NCBI GenBank assembly: GCA_964291215.2 | Contig: OZ219790.1 | Location: 224,001-288,000, forward strand | Direction of reading: 5' to 3' | Length of the DNA stretch: 64,000 bases | DNA from: Alphaproteobacteria bacterium | GTDB lineage: Bacteria > Pseudomonadota > Alphaproteobacteria > MPNO01 > UBA830 | Shown: positions 54,022-64,000 of the stretch, in pieces | Layout of the letters: each line of letters begins with the position of its first letter | Numbering within the stretch: position 1 is the stretch's first letter | Program-made: the position numbers and the translations under genes | The notes under the pieces: model-generated | What the model was told of the DNA's origin: nothing | Seen by the model: only the letters and a program-made list of their open reading frames with translations | Databases searched by the model: none

Positions 54022-55278
54022 GTCGCGGTAGGAATGCGCATTGCTGCGCACCCCCCGCACAGATCCGGACCTGGGCACCAGTCCATCCGGCCTCGGGTAC
54101 TTGACGGCAAACCGCTGGTCCGGCCATGGATAACGGATGGGCGGCCAAAGAAGTTCGGTCATGCGCTCCAGTCGCTTCCAGTTGAAACGGTGGTGTTGGG
54201 AGCGGCGGCGTATCGCCCGCATCCACCGGTGTTGCAGCCTTTGGCGGAACGTGTACAGCCAGGGACGGCGAAGTAGTTGAGCCAGCCTTGACAGACCCGC
54301 CGACCTCCCATATGTCGTGATGCCATCGTTTGCGGAGCACCTCCTCGATGCGGGTCCTTGCGACCCGTTTTGCGACCGAGCCTGAAGCGCCCTGCCCGGG
54401 CCCTCGTGCAGAAGTGCCTGAAGCCCGGGAAGTCGAACGTCCTGCCCGCGCTTCCGGCGGTTCGCCATAGCGAACCGGCCGAACTCGACGATTGTCCGGG
54501 TGCAGATCGAGACCAAAGCGGCCTCTCCCGAACATCGCGAAGGTATTGCTCCGCATCCCGCTTGTACTGAAACCCGACCACGATATCGTCCCGGACAATG
54601 ATCGCTTGACCGCCCGGAGCCCTCGGACGCCATGCCCCGTGAAACCACGGATCAAGCACGTGGTGCAGAAACACGTTCGCAGGGGCTGACAATCGCGCCC
54701 TGCGGCGTCCCGACACCGGTGTCGCTCCATGACGCCAGCGTTCAGCCACTTGCGGGTCATTCTGTCGCGGTACTCGAGGAACGTGATCAACCAATCCCCG
54801 TGTCGAAGTATGCCCGAATGTCCGCATCAACAATCCAGTCGACCTTGCGCCTTTCGATCCCGAACGCCAGGGCGTCGAGAGCGCCCCTCGGCCCGGTCGG
54901 AACCCGTAGCTGAAACCAGGGAACTCCACCTCATGGATCGGTGTCAGGATCACATCCACAACTGCCTTCCGGACGATCTTGTCCTCCAGTGCAGCAAGCG
55001 GTCGTGTCCCGGTATCTCCACCCACCGGCGACGCCCGGTACGCTCCCCCGCAGGCGCGAGTGCAGGTCGAGCAGGCGCTCGTCCAGATCTTCGCCGTCAC
55101 GCCGTCGACCCCTGCCGCGGCTTCCTTCTTCAGGCCGACCGGAGTGCCTCCGGCGTGGTGGAAGAGTGCACGCTCCTTCGGGTTCCTCTTTGCAGCTCCG
55201 ATCCGCCTCCTGTGGCACCCGACTCTGTGTTCGGCGCGTGCTTTGGCGTCCCGGATTCCCTTGGTTGAGGCCCTTTCC
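54022..55278 (-). mobile_element. Group II intron copy, 5'-truncated, degenerate RT, domains V-VI present
   Basis: LEDKIV, FSYGFRPGR, NVFLH.VLD.W and WP.QRF.VK.PR; 3' end ...CCTACCGCGAC at 54022. Confidence 0.85.
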
Positions 55279-55280
55279 TA

Positions 55281-55806
55281 GGGTGCAGTTCTCGTATGGC
55301 GAATCCAAGTCATTGATTTAACACGGTTGTGCGGTCGCGAGGCAGCAGCGAAAACGGGTTTTCGTGACAATCGCCCGTTTCGGGACAGGATTTTGTCACG
55401 ATCCCCGCGGCATCGACAGGGTGATCCGGGCGCTGCGCCACCTTCGCGACACCGCGGCGCCAACGGGCCAACATCGACAGGGAACCGGCCTTCTTCCGCA
55501 AGCATCGCCACCGAATGCGCTACCACGCGCTGAAGCAACCGGCTCGGGAATTGTCGAGGCGGCAAACAAGACCCCCGTCACACAGCGCATGAGGCGCTCC
55601 GGCATGCGCCGGCGCATCGTCGGCGGACAATCACCTTCCGCGCCCTGCTCGAATCCGGCCGCTTCGAGAGCGCGTGGGCGGCCATGATCGGTGCAGACGA
55701 CGCACCAGCCAACGACAACATCAGCCCAAATCACACCCCGGCACTGGCCGCATGAGATGAACAAATGGTACTGAGCCTGCAACCGTGCCATACGAGACTC
55801 TCACCC
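55281..55806 (+). mobile_element. Internally deleted ISKra4/ISLre2-like element
   Basis: IRs GGGTGCAGTTCTCGTATGGC / GCCATACGAGACTCTCACCC; fragment GSGIVEAANKT.VTQRM.RSGM. Confidence 0.75.
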
Positions 55807-56000
55807 CCCGAGGATCGCTTTCACTCGCAGTTCGGAGGGAATTTCTGCTCGGACCTCATCGAGACCGAGGATGGCCGCCAAGCCGTCCAGGAAGTCCTCG
55901 ACCGGATGTTCCCCGCGATGCCCGCCTTTTTCGGGTGATCCGGTTCCGTCAACAACGAGACCTACCGCAAGTGGGGCATCAAGATGCGGACCAATGACGA
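55807..56000 (-). pseudogene. Possible IS701-family transposase fragment
   Basis: LVVDGTGSPEKGGH resembles the IS701 motif LVVDETGF.KKG.HS. Confidence 0.35.
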
Positions 56001-56533
56001 GATGCGCGACGACCACATGAGCCGTGTGCGCGAACTCGTCGAGCACCGGCTCGGGCTGCAGCTTCCTGCTATTGCCGGCTAACGCCGCCTGCGCGTGTCC
56101 CGTCCCGACCGGCTACTTGCCCGTTTCGAAGACGATCTCGGCGGCGTCAGCCGGTTCTCTGCCACGGGCTCCGGCGCCTCTCCGGCCACGCTCCGGAAAA
56201 CCGGCTCTATCTCGAAGGTCTCAGACAACCGACTGGCCGTGTGGAAACCGTCGAGGACTGGAAGGCCGCAGGCGCCGCGCTGCGGCACAAGGCCTGGAAT
56301 CGATCCTGGTGGACGGCTGAAAAGGTAGAGCAGCGGGCCCTGTCGGTGCGCATCGCCACCGTCTTTGCCGAACCCCTCTTGCACGGCGCCTGTCCGGGAT
56401 CCTCCTCACCGCCAGCGACCGGGCCCTCACCGATGCGACCGCCTCGTTGACGCACGCCGCCGTTTCCGACCCAGGCCTTGCCGCAAGCGCCGCCGGTGCT
56501 GCCAGCGAGGCGGTTCACCAGGCGTCCCCCCTA

Positions 56534-57659
56534 GTGTTATGTCAGCAATGATATGTCGTACATTTGGTGCTAGACTGTCCGTCCATTCGGGATGGAGGTC
56601 GGAGTATGAAACGCTACGTGGTGACCCTGGACGAACGGGCAGAACTTTCGGAGATCAAGGGCTCGCACCTGTCGCAAAAGGTAATCAACGCCCTGCTTAA
56701 CTGCGACGAGGGCGCGTTCAATGAATGCCAGATGACCGGGAAGGTCATTGCTGAGATTCTGCGCATCAGCATGCGCAAAGTAGACCGAGTAAAGAAGCGT
56801 TTCGAGGGGCTGGAGGCGGCATTGGGTGGCCGGCGCCGTCCTACCTATATGCGAAAAGCCGACGGCGTCTTCGAGGCGCGTGGCCCTGAGTTGTGGTGAA
56901 CCGCCTGAGGGTTAAGCGCAATGGTCGTTGCGGCTGCTGGCCGACCGCGTTGTCGAGCTTGGTTACATTGATACCGTGTCACACGAGACGGTGCGGCGTG
57001 TTCTAAAAAAAACTGCCTCAAGCCATGGCAGCGGGTGGGTGATTCCTCCTCAAGGGAACGCCGACTTCGCCGCAGCGAAGGTGCTCGATGTCTATCGCCG
57101 CCCCGCCGCCTTCCCCGTGGTCTGCATGGACGAAACGCCCCGACCGGCGAGACACGGCAACCGATCGCCATGGCGCCGGGACGGCCAGCGCGTAACGACT
57201 ACGAGTATCGACGTTGCGGTACCTGCAACGTCTTCACGGAACCCCTGGCCGGCAAGCGCATGACCAAGGTAACCGAGCGCAAGATCGATTGGGCGCAGTT
57301 CCTGGCCGACATCGCCGAGCGCTACCAAGACGCCACCACCATCACCCTGGTGATGGACAACCTCAACACTCACCGGCCCGGCGCCTTCTATGAGGCCTAC
57401 CCGCCGGACGAGGCCAAGGCCCTGTGGGACCGCTTCGAGTTCGTCTACACCCCCAAGCACGGCAGTTGGCTGAACGTGGTCGAACTCAACGTCATGATCC
57501 GCCTGAACCGCCGCATCGACTGCATCGAGGTGCTACGCCGGGAAGTTGCCGCCTGGCAGGCGACCGCATCCAGGCCAAGGTGGATTGGCAGTTCACCACC
57601 GACGATGCCCGCGTGAAACTCAAACGCCTTTATCCGACATTTGACGAATGACAAGACAC
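56534..57659 (+). mobile_element. IS630-family element, type B, copy 2
   Basis: Near-identical to 23214-24339; ends GTGTTATGTCA / TGACAAGACAC with TA duplication in CTAG. Confidence 0.9.
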
Positions 57660-57901
57660 TAGCGGTTCTTGCAGGGACAGCCGATTCCCACCCCTTCCGC
57701 ATCAAGCTCCGGCATTTCATGGCGGGTCACTGGCCTCTTGGCCTGCTTGACGGCACCTTCCGCCTGCTCTGACCGGGCGCATCGTCCGCTGCCACCGTCG
57801 TAAACGCCTTGCTCGGCCGAACGGACCTGTCGGGACTGGACCGTGTCTGTCCACAGGGGAGTGGGGATTATCGACCGGCGAACAACCCGGATGCGGGAAA
57901 A

Positions 57902-57931
57902 TTGACAGCAGGCATCGTTCTCACCTAGCAT
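57902..57931 (+). promoter_or_regulatory. Putative sigma70 promoter of the TRAP operon
   Basis: TTGACA-N18-TAGCAT, about 100 bp before dctP. Confidence 0.4.
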
Positions 57932-58029
57932 GAATTTTGCACGGACAACCCCGCGGCTGCCAAGACACAATGCCGGCCCGCCGATGACGGCGAGAGTTTC
58001 GGACTGCGGCCACGAGAACCAGGGAGAAA

Positions 58030-59043
58030 TTGATGAAGAGATGCTGCATGCTTGTCGTCGGCCTCATGACGGCTGCGACGCTGCTCACGGCAGAGGATGG
58101 CCGGGCGGCCACTAAACTGAGGCTGGCCAACTGGCTCCCTCCGGTCCACCACATGTCGGCCACGCTCGGCGCATGGGCCAGCGAACTCGAAAAGGCTTCT
58201 GGCGGCCAAATCAAGGTGGAAGTGATGACCGCCCCGCTGGCCAAGCCTGACGGGCAATACGACCTCGCGAAGAAGGGGATCGTCGACATCGCATGGAGCG
58301 TTGCGGCGTACCATCCGAAGCGGTTCTGGAAGCTGATGGCAGTCGAGACGCCGTTTGCGGCGCCGACCGCAGAGGCCGCTGGGGTGGCCGCCTGGCGGTG
58401 GTACAAGAAGCACGGCTTCATGGCGAAGGACACGGCCGACACCAAGCTTCTTGCCCTGTTCGCGCATGCACCGCATCTCTATCACAGTGCCAAACCGCTG
58501 ACCAAGCTTGCGGATTTCAAAAACATGAAAATCCGTACCGGCGGCAACGGAGTGAAGATCGCCAAGATTCTCGGCGCCGTCCCGGTTTTCATGCCGCCGG
58601 GAGCCACCAATGAGGCGCTGGCCAAAGGCACGCTTGATGCGTCACAGTTCCCTTGGGAGTCAGTCAAGGGCTTCCGCCTGGCCGGTGTGACTTCGCATCA
58701 CCTGAAGATCCCCGGCGGCACCTATGCCGGCATCTTCTTTCTCACGATGAGCCCCAAGACCTGGGCGAAGCTCTCAGCCGGCCAGAAGGCCGCAGTCGAC
58801 AAGGTAAGCGGAGAATGGGGGTCGCGGTTCATCTCCAGGAAATGGGACGCCGCGGAGAAATCGGGACGCGATGCCGCCAAGGCCAACGGCAACACGATCA
58901 CGGTGCTCAGCGATGCGGAAACCGCCAAGCTGAAGCAGATGGTGCAACCGATAACAGATGCCTGGATCGAAAAAGCCGACAAGGCGGATCTGGACGGCAA
59001 GGCGCTGATGACAGACTACCACAAGATCGTGGCGGGTCTCTGA
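58030..59043 (+). CDS. dctP: TRAP transporter substrate-binding protein
   Basis: Signal peptide, KASGGQIKV, GIVDIAW, KIRT and EAL.KG.LD motifs. Confidence 0.9.
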   Translation: MMKRCCMLVVGLMTAATLLTAEDGRAATKLRLANWLPPVHHMSATLGAWASELEKASGGQIKVEVMTAPLAKPDGQYDLAKKGIVDIAWSVAAYHPKRFWKLMAVETPFAAPTAEAAGVAAWRWYKKHGFMAKDTADTKLLALFAHAPHLYHSAKPLTKLADFKNMKIRTGGNGVKIAKILGAVPVFMPPGATNEALAKGTLDASQFPWESVKGFRLAGVTSHHLKIPGGTYAGIFFLTMSPKTWAKLSAGQKAAVDKVSGEWGSRFISRKWDAAEKSGRDAAKANGNTITVLSDAETAKLKQMVQPITDAWIEKADKADLDGKALMTDYHKIVAGL

Positions 59044-59058
59044 TACCCGGCGGCAGCG

Positions 59059-59559
59059 ATGTTCCCGGCGACTAGCAGGGCGATCGGGCGGGTCGCGCTC
59101 TGGTTCGCCCGCTTCGCCTCCCTTGCGCTTGCCGCGATCATGGTCATGACGTTCTTCGATGTTATCGGCAGGACGTTCTTCGGGCGCGCACTCGTTGGCA
59201 CCGTCGAAAGCGTCGAATTAATGATGGGCATCCTCGTGTTCTGTGGTCTCGCACTCACGGAAATCCATCGCCGGCACATCGTCGTCGAAACCTTCCAGAC
59301 GCTGTTTCCGCGCCCGGCGCGCCACCTGTCGGAGATCGTCAATTCGCTGCTCGCGGTCGTCGTCACCGGATTCCTCGCCTGGAGGCTTCTGATCAAGACC
59401 GGCGAGATCGTCGAGGAACAGGAATATACGCAAATCTGGGAACTGCCGTTCTGGCCCACCGCACTCATCATGTGTGTCGGCATCGGCATGTTCCTTATCG
59501 TCCTGGTCGTGCGCCTGATCGGGAACCTGCCGGCAGTGCGGAATCGGTCCGGGGACTGA
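59059..59559 (+). CDS. dctQ: TRAP transporter small permease
   Basis: Four TM segments; DVIGR..F, G.VE and HIVV motifs. Confidence 0.88.
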   Translation: MFPATSRAIGRVALWFARFASLALAAIMVMTFFDVIGRTFFGRALVGTVESVELMMGILVFCGLALTEIHRRHIVVETFQTLFPRPARHLSEIVNSLLAVVVTGFLAWRLLIKTGEIVEEQEYTQIWELPFWPTALIMCVGIGMFLIVLVVRLIGNLPAVRNRSGD

Positions 59560-59564
59560 GAAGC

Positions 59565-60869
59565 ATGGAGACCGGTGTCCTGGTGCCGCTCGTGTTCGCG
59601 CTCCTGTTCGGCGCGCTGTTTCTCGGCGCGCATGTCGGGCTCGCGATGTCCGGGGCGGCAATGTTCGGCACCGCGATGATCGTCGGGCCCGACGCCGCGC
59701 TTTCGCTCGCCGGAATATCGGTCTTCGAATCCGCCCAGAGCTTCGATCTCGCTGTCATCCCCCTCTTCGTGCTGATGGGGGATTTTGCCGCAAGGTCCGG
59801 CATCAGCTCCGATCTCTACGCAGCCTTCAATGTGTGGCTCCGGCGCAGCCGCGGTGGTCTCGCCCAGGCCAGCATAGCGGCCTGCGCCGCCTTCGGAGCG
59901 GTGTGCGGGTCCTCACTCGCCACGGCAGCAACGATGGGCCGCGTAGCGCTGCCCGAGATGCGCCGTTTCGGATACGGCGACAGGCTTGCCACCGGCGCGA
60001 TAGCTGCCGGCGGGACTATCGGCATCCTTATTCCACCCAGCGTGATCATGCTGATCTACGGCCTTCTCACCGAGACCAGCATCGGCGATCTGTTCATCGC
60101 TGGCGTAATACCTGGAATCCTTCTCACGCTGTTCTTCATGATCGCGGTTCTCGCGATCGTCCGGATCGATCCGTCCAGTGCTCCGCAATTGTCCCGCGAA
60201 GCCGCTGCCGTCTCCGATCCCGCGATTCTGCGAAAAATGTGGCCCACGCTGGCGCTCTTCGTTCTCGTGATCGGCGGAATTTATGCCGGGATCTTCACGC
60301 CTACCGAAGCTGCGGGCATCGGCGCGGTCGGAGCGCTTGCGATCGGCGCCGCGATGCGCCGGCTCGGCATTGCCGAAATCCTCGAGTGCCTGATGGAGAC
60401 CGTTCAGACGACATCCATGATCTTCCTGATCCTGATCGGCGCCATCCTGTTTTCGGGTTTCTTGTCGCTCAGCGGCACGCCGGCGCTGCTCGGTCGCTGG
60501 ATCGTCGGCCTCGATCTTTCGCCCCTGATGACGGTGATACTGATCATCGGCATCTACATTCTCCTCGGCGCCTTCCTCGACACGATGGCGATGATCATCC
60601 TTTCGATACCTGTCTTCTTCCCCATTGTCTCCTCCATGGGTCTCGACGCGGTCTGGTTCGGCATCATTGTTGTCATTGCCGTCGAGCTCGCGCTGATAAC
60701 GCCGCCAATGGGGATCAATGTCTTCGTGATCCGTGGCCTCGCCGCGGACATCCCGCTTGCCCAGGTGTTCATGGGCGTTCTGCCGTTCTGCGCCGCGCTG
60801 CTTGCGCTCATCGCGCTCGTGGTCGCGGTGCCCGAGATCGTCACCGTCCTGCCAACCCTCGGGCGGTGA
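59565..60869 (+). CDS. dctM: TRAP transporter large permease
   Basis: IPLFVLMG, GSSLATAA, GILIPPS, FTPTEAA and ITPPMG.N motifs. Confidence 0.93.
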   Translation: METGVLVPLVFALLFGALFLGAHVGLAMSGAAMFGTAMIVGPDAALSLAGISVFESAQSFDLAVIPLFVLMGDFAARSGISSDLYAAFNVWLRRSRGGLAQASIAACAAFGAVCGSSLATAATMGRVALPEMRRFGYGDRLATGAIAAGGTIGILIPPSVIMLIYGLLTETSIGDLFIAGVIPGILLTLFFMIAVLAIVRIDPSSAPQLSREAAAVSDPAILRKMWPTLALFVLVIGGIYAGIFTPTEAAGIGAVGALAIGAAMRRLGIAEILECLMETVQTTSMIFLILIGAILFSGFLSLSGTPALLGRWIVGLDLSPLMTVILIIGIYILLGAFLDTMAMIILSIPVFFPIVSSMGLDAVWFGIIVVIAVELALITPPMGINVFVIRGLAADIPLAQVFMGVLPFCAALLALIALVVAVPEIVTVLPTLGR

Positions 60870-61017
60870 ACGGAAAGCGGGGGAACAGCGCCGTGACACT
60901 ACGCTCACAACCAGGCAGGCACTCCGGAACGGGGACCGCCCTGGCCTTCGCGCCGCTCTCGCCCGGCGCGCATGCATGCGGCGTTGCCGATTCCATCTGC
61001 TGTCTCGAGAAGCCGCG

Positions 61018-61449
61018 ATGAAGATCGTCAGAAACACATCCGGCCAGCAGATCGAGGAGATCCGCCAGGATCCGACACCGGTCGAGGCTATTCCCGAACT
61101 CGCCCACCGGAAACTATTTGCCCGGTTTGAGGAGGCCTTTCTCAACCAGGACATGAAGATGATGGCCGAGTGCCTCCTGCCGTCCTTCGAATGGCGGCTT
61201 CCGAACGGGGAGATCGTCTATGGCCGGGAAAACGCCGTCGCCGCCATGGAGCACCGCTTCGCGATGCCGAACAGCCCGAAATTCAGCCGTTCCGTCTGGC
61301 GCTTCCGCGGCCGCACGGTGATCCAGACCTATCGCGTCTCCTACATGGGTCCCGACGGGAAATGGCGGAAATCGAAAGGCATGGATCTCTACAAGATCCG
61401 CGACGGCCTGATCGCGCGCAAGGACGCGCACTGGAAGATGATTCCGTGA
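61018..61449 (+). CDS. NTF2/SnoaL-like protein
   Basis: F.EAF..QD...GRE..., G.DLY.IRDGLI..KD pattern. Confidence 0.75.
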   Translation: MKIVRNTSGQQIEEIRQDPTPVEAIPELAHRKLFARFEEAFLNQDMKMMAECLLPSFEWRLPNGEIVYGRENAVAAMEHRFAMPNSPKFSRSVWRFRGRTVIQTYRVSYMGPDGKWRKSKGMDLYKIRDGLIARKDAHWKMIP

Positions 61450-61471
61450 AACCACAGATGGGGAGACAGGG

Positions 61472-61720
61472 ATGAAGATCGCTTCAGCCGCCGGCGAGTT
61501 CGAGTTCCACATCGACGATCTCAGGGTCGTGGGAACCGATGTCGTTCTGACCGGAAAGATGGGCGTCTGGGAGGCCGAAACGCTGATGGATCGGGACGAC
61601 ATGCTGGCGCTCCTGCGTCTAACCGCCTGCAGCCCGTCCTTCTGGGCCCATGCCCTGAAACTTCTGCCCTACGCGCTCCTCGGCGGGCGACGGCGGAGCG
61701 GCTCCGATGACCGAACATAA
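61472..61720 (+). CDS. Hypothetical protein (82 aa)
   Basis: GGAG RBS, operonic spacing, overlaps the next gene. Confidence 0.65.
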   Translation: MKIASAAGEFEFHIDDLRVVGTDVVLTGKMGVWEAETLMDRDDMLALLRLTACSPSFWAHALKLLPYALLGGRRRSGSDDRT

Positions 61721-63035
61721 ACCCGGCAGGCTGCCGCCGCACGCCGAGGCGATGTGGGACTATCCGCTGTTCGACGCGATCATGGGCCGGCGATCCCGGC
61801 GTTTCGGCCTTGGCATGGAAATGTCGAGCGGCCCGTTCCAGCATCGCTCCGACAAGGAGCCGGTGGGGCTTGACAGCCTTGAGACGGCGATGCTCGTGGC
61901 CGCCGCAACCGCAACAACTGGCCCGATACTCGCGGAGACCGAGTTGCCTGGCGGAATGGTCAAGACGATCGGCAAGCCCTACCCGTCAGCCATGGGCTCT
62001 CACCGCGCCCGCCTCTTTTTCACCGATGACAACGGCGTCTATGTTATCCGTGCCGATCAGGCGGCGATGACGAAGATGCGCGAATACGAACACAGCAGCG
62101 ACCGCGGCAAAATCCTCGGATTCTACGAAACCTGCGTCGAGAAGCTCGAGGACGGCCGCATGGACCTTCCGGGCGTCGAGCCTGGCGTCTGGCCGCACAA
62201 CCAGTGGGTAACCAACAAGCCGGGCACGACGCTGTTCATGCCGGTCATCGACGTCACCAAAGACATGATCAAGCTAGTCCTCAACCTGTGCGATTCAAAG
62301 GCCGGCCGCTACGCCCGAGAGGGCGGCTACTACATAGTCGACGACCGCAATGGCATGCGTCCATGCGGCAACCAGAAGTGGCTAGACAACGGATTCCTCT
62401 CGAAACGCAAGGTGATGCCGCTGTCGCGGCTCGAGAAAATGCTCTCGGACGGCATGCTCGCCGAAGGAGCGTTCATGGGGCAGCTGATGGCGCTCGCGAT
62501 GCAGGCGGCGGGGCTCGGGGGCTGGGTCTATGGCGGCTTTTCCTCGCTCGTGGTGCTGGGCGGAACTCCGACCTGCCGCGGCCTCGGTTTCCGTTTCGTG
62601 CAGTCGGCCTCGGACCCGTTTCCCGCTCCGGTCGGTCGTGACGGCATCTTCGAGGCTTTCTGTCCACCCTACTATCCCGACATGGATTCGGCCGTCGAGG
62701 CCGCCATCGAGGGTGCAACGATGAGCATGGATGACTGGGAGGCGCGGGGCATGCTCAAACCGCATACAGCGCCGAATGCGGAATTCGATGCAGCCACGGT
62801 GCAGGCGTCGCCCGAAGGCGTGCAGTGCGTCAAGGACATCTGCGGCTATATCCTCGACACGTTCGGAAAGTTTCCGGCAACGGTCGACGCAATCCAGATG
62901 ACGCTGATGATCCAGGTCCATCACCTCGATCTCGATTTCTACGACGCCCACATGAAACCGGGCACCTATCTGGAGACCCATGAACACCACTTCCGCGACT
63001 GGCACGAAGGCATCGAGCCGCGGAAGAGAAACTGA
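61707..63035 (+). CDS. Uncharacterised nitroreductase-fold protein
   Basis: LFDAI.GRRSRRF FMN-binding-like start and E.AF.GQ..LA.QA.GLGGW motif. Confidence 0.65.
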   Translation: MTEHKPGRLPPHAEAMWDYPLFDAIMGRRSRRFGLGMEMSSGPFQHRSDKEPVGLDSLETAMLVAAATATTGPILAETELPGGMVKTIGKPYPSAMGSHRARLFFTDDNGVYVIRADQAAMTKMREYEHSSDRGKILGFYETCVEKLEDGRMDLPGVEPGVWPHNQWVTNKPGTTLFMPVIDVTKDMIKLVLNLCDSKAGRYAREGGYYIVDDRNGMRPCGNQKWLDNGFLSKRKVMPLSRLEKMLSDGMLAEGAFMGQLMALAMQAAGLGGWVYGGFSSLVVLGGTPTCRGLGFRFVQSASDPFPAPVGRDGIFEAFCPPYYPDMDSAVEAAIEGATMSMDDWEARGMLKPHTAPNAEFDAATVQASPEGVQCVKDICGYILDTFGKFPATVDAIQMTLMIQVHHLDLDFYDAHMKPGTYLETHEHHFRDWHEGIEPRKRN

Positions 63036-63047
63036 AGGAGTTGGACG

Positions 63048-64000
63048 ATGGACCCATTCCGCCTCGTCATCAACGGCAAGAAGATTCCGACCGGGAAGTG
63101 CTTCGAGGTTCTCAATCCGGCCGATGAGAAGGTTGCCGGGCTTGCGCCGCTCGCAAGGAAGAAAGATCTTGACGCCGCCGTCAGCGCCGCCGAGAGGGCG
63201 TTCCAGAAATGGCGCGACGTGCCCGAGGCCCGCAGGCAGGCTGCCTGCATGAAGATCGCCTCGAAGATCGAGAAGAACGCGGAGGAACTCGCCCGCCTCC
63301 TCACCAGGGAACAGGGCAAGCCCCTCAACGGTCTCGGTTCTCGCTGGGAGATCGGGGGTGCTGTAGCCTGGACCCGTTACACGGCCGGCCTTTCCCTACC
63401 CGTCAAGACCCTTCAGGACAACAACGAGGGCAGGATCGAGCTCCACCGCAAGCCAATTGGCGTCGTTGGCTCGATCACGCCGTGGAACTTTCCCGTCCTG
63501 ATCGCGATCTGGCACATAATCCCGGCCGTGCTTTCGGGCAACACCGTGATATGCAAGCCCTCGCCTTTCACGCCCCTGTCGACACTGCGCCTGATTGAAC
63601 TCATGAACGAGGTTCTGCCGAAAGGGGTCGTCAACTGCATTGCCGGCAAGGACAAGCTGGGTGCGGCCATGGCTTCGCACGAGGACATCGGCAAGATCGT
63701 TTTCACCGGCTCATGCGCCACCGGTCAGGAGATCATGGCGAACGCGGCCGAGACCATGAAGCGCCTGACGCTGGAGCTCGGCGGCAACGATGCCGGCATC
63801 GTACTTGGCGACGTCGATCCGGGCGAGATCGCCGAGGGGTTGTTCTGGGGAGCCTTCATCAATGGCGGCCAAACCTGCGCGGCGCTCAAGCGGCTCTATG
63901 TTCACGACAATGTCTATGACGATGTCTGCGACGAACTTGTCGCCTTTGCCCGGAAGATGAAGATCGGCAAGGGAAGTGCGGAAGATGTCGTGATCGGTCC
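63048..64000 (+). CDS. Aldehyde dehydrogenase, 3'-truncated by window edge
   Basis: EQGKP, ITPWNFP, KPSPFTP, FTGS, LELGGND and GQTCAA motifs. Confidence 0.93.
   Translation, partial: MDPFRLVINGKKIPTGKCFEVLNPADEKVAGLAPLARKKDLDAAVSAAERAFQKWRDVPEARRQAACMKIASKIEKNAEELARLLTREQGKPLNGLGSRWEIGGAVAWTRYTAGLSLPVKTLQDNNEGRIELHRKPIGVVGSITPWNFPVLIAIWHIIPAVLSGNTVICKPSPFTPLSTLRLIELMNEVLPKGVVNCIAGKDKLGAAMASHEDIGKIVFTGSCATGQEIMANAAETMKRLTLELGGNDAGIVLGDVDPGEIAEGLFWGAFINGGQTCAALKRLYVHDNVYDDVCDELVAFARKMKIGKGSAEDVVIG

Noticed and set aside
56000-57900. Decayed minus-strand gene split by IS630-B (possibly an amidohydrolase)
   Set aside because: Too many stops and frameshifts to assign by eye.

Overview
High-GC bacterial DNA, most likely alphaproteobacterial (Rhodospirillales-like by gene style; inference). 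Intact backbone genes are pyrG (5'-partial), kdsA and eno; a cox/xdh-type operon (S, M, D, E, split XdhC, Mo-cofactor nucleotidyltransferase fusion) with no large subunit; a putative N-heterocycle catabolic cluster with a NitT/TauT-type ABC transporter; a sulfatase; a VOC protein; an orphan CoxL-like large subunit; a PHA cluster (DUF6489, phaC, phaB, phaP, phaR, MaoC); and a TRAP/SnoaL/nitroreductase-like/ALDH cluster. Three regions (about 18.7-32 kb, 37.2-46.1 kb and 54-57.7 kb) are nests of decayed mobile elements: two types of IS630, IS5, IS66, IS256, IS4, integrase+IS91, ISKra4-like and group II introns. They also carry TA/defence cargo: MNT-HEPN, HicAB, a low-GC HipA-like kinase with a downstream HipA-N-terminal-like gene, and a DUF499 ATPase remnant. 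The most notable observations are (1) an IS66 element with 8-bp TSDs that carries a Dam-methyltransferase N-terminus inside its left end in both copies, (2) a 576-bp TGT...ACA mini-transposon with a 5-bp TSD, repeated TGTTGTC motifs and a Toprim-like fragment, (3) an inverted-order HipT/HipS-like pair between two IS256 copies, and (4) an integrase-IS91 module bounded by 16-bp inverted repeats. Caveat: multicopy elements are full of micro-deletions while single-copy genes are intact, which may be an assembly/polishing artefact. No CRISPR array, tRNA or rRNA was recognised.
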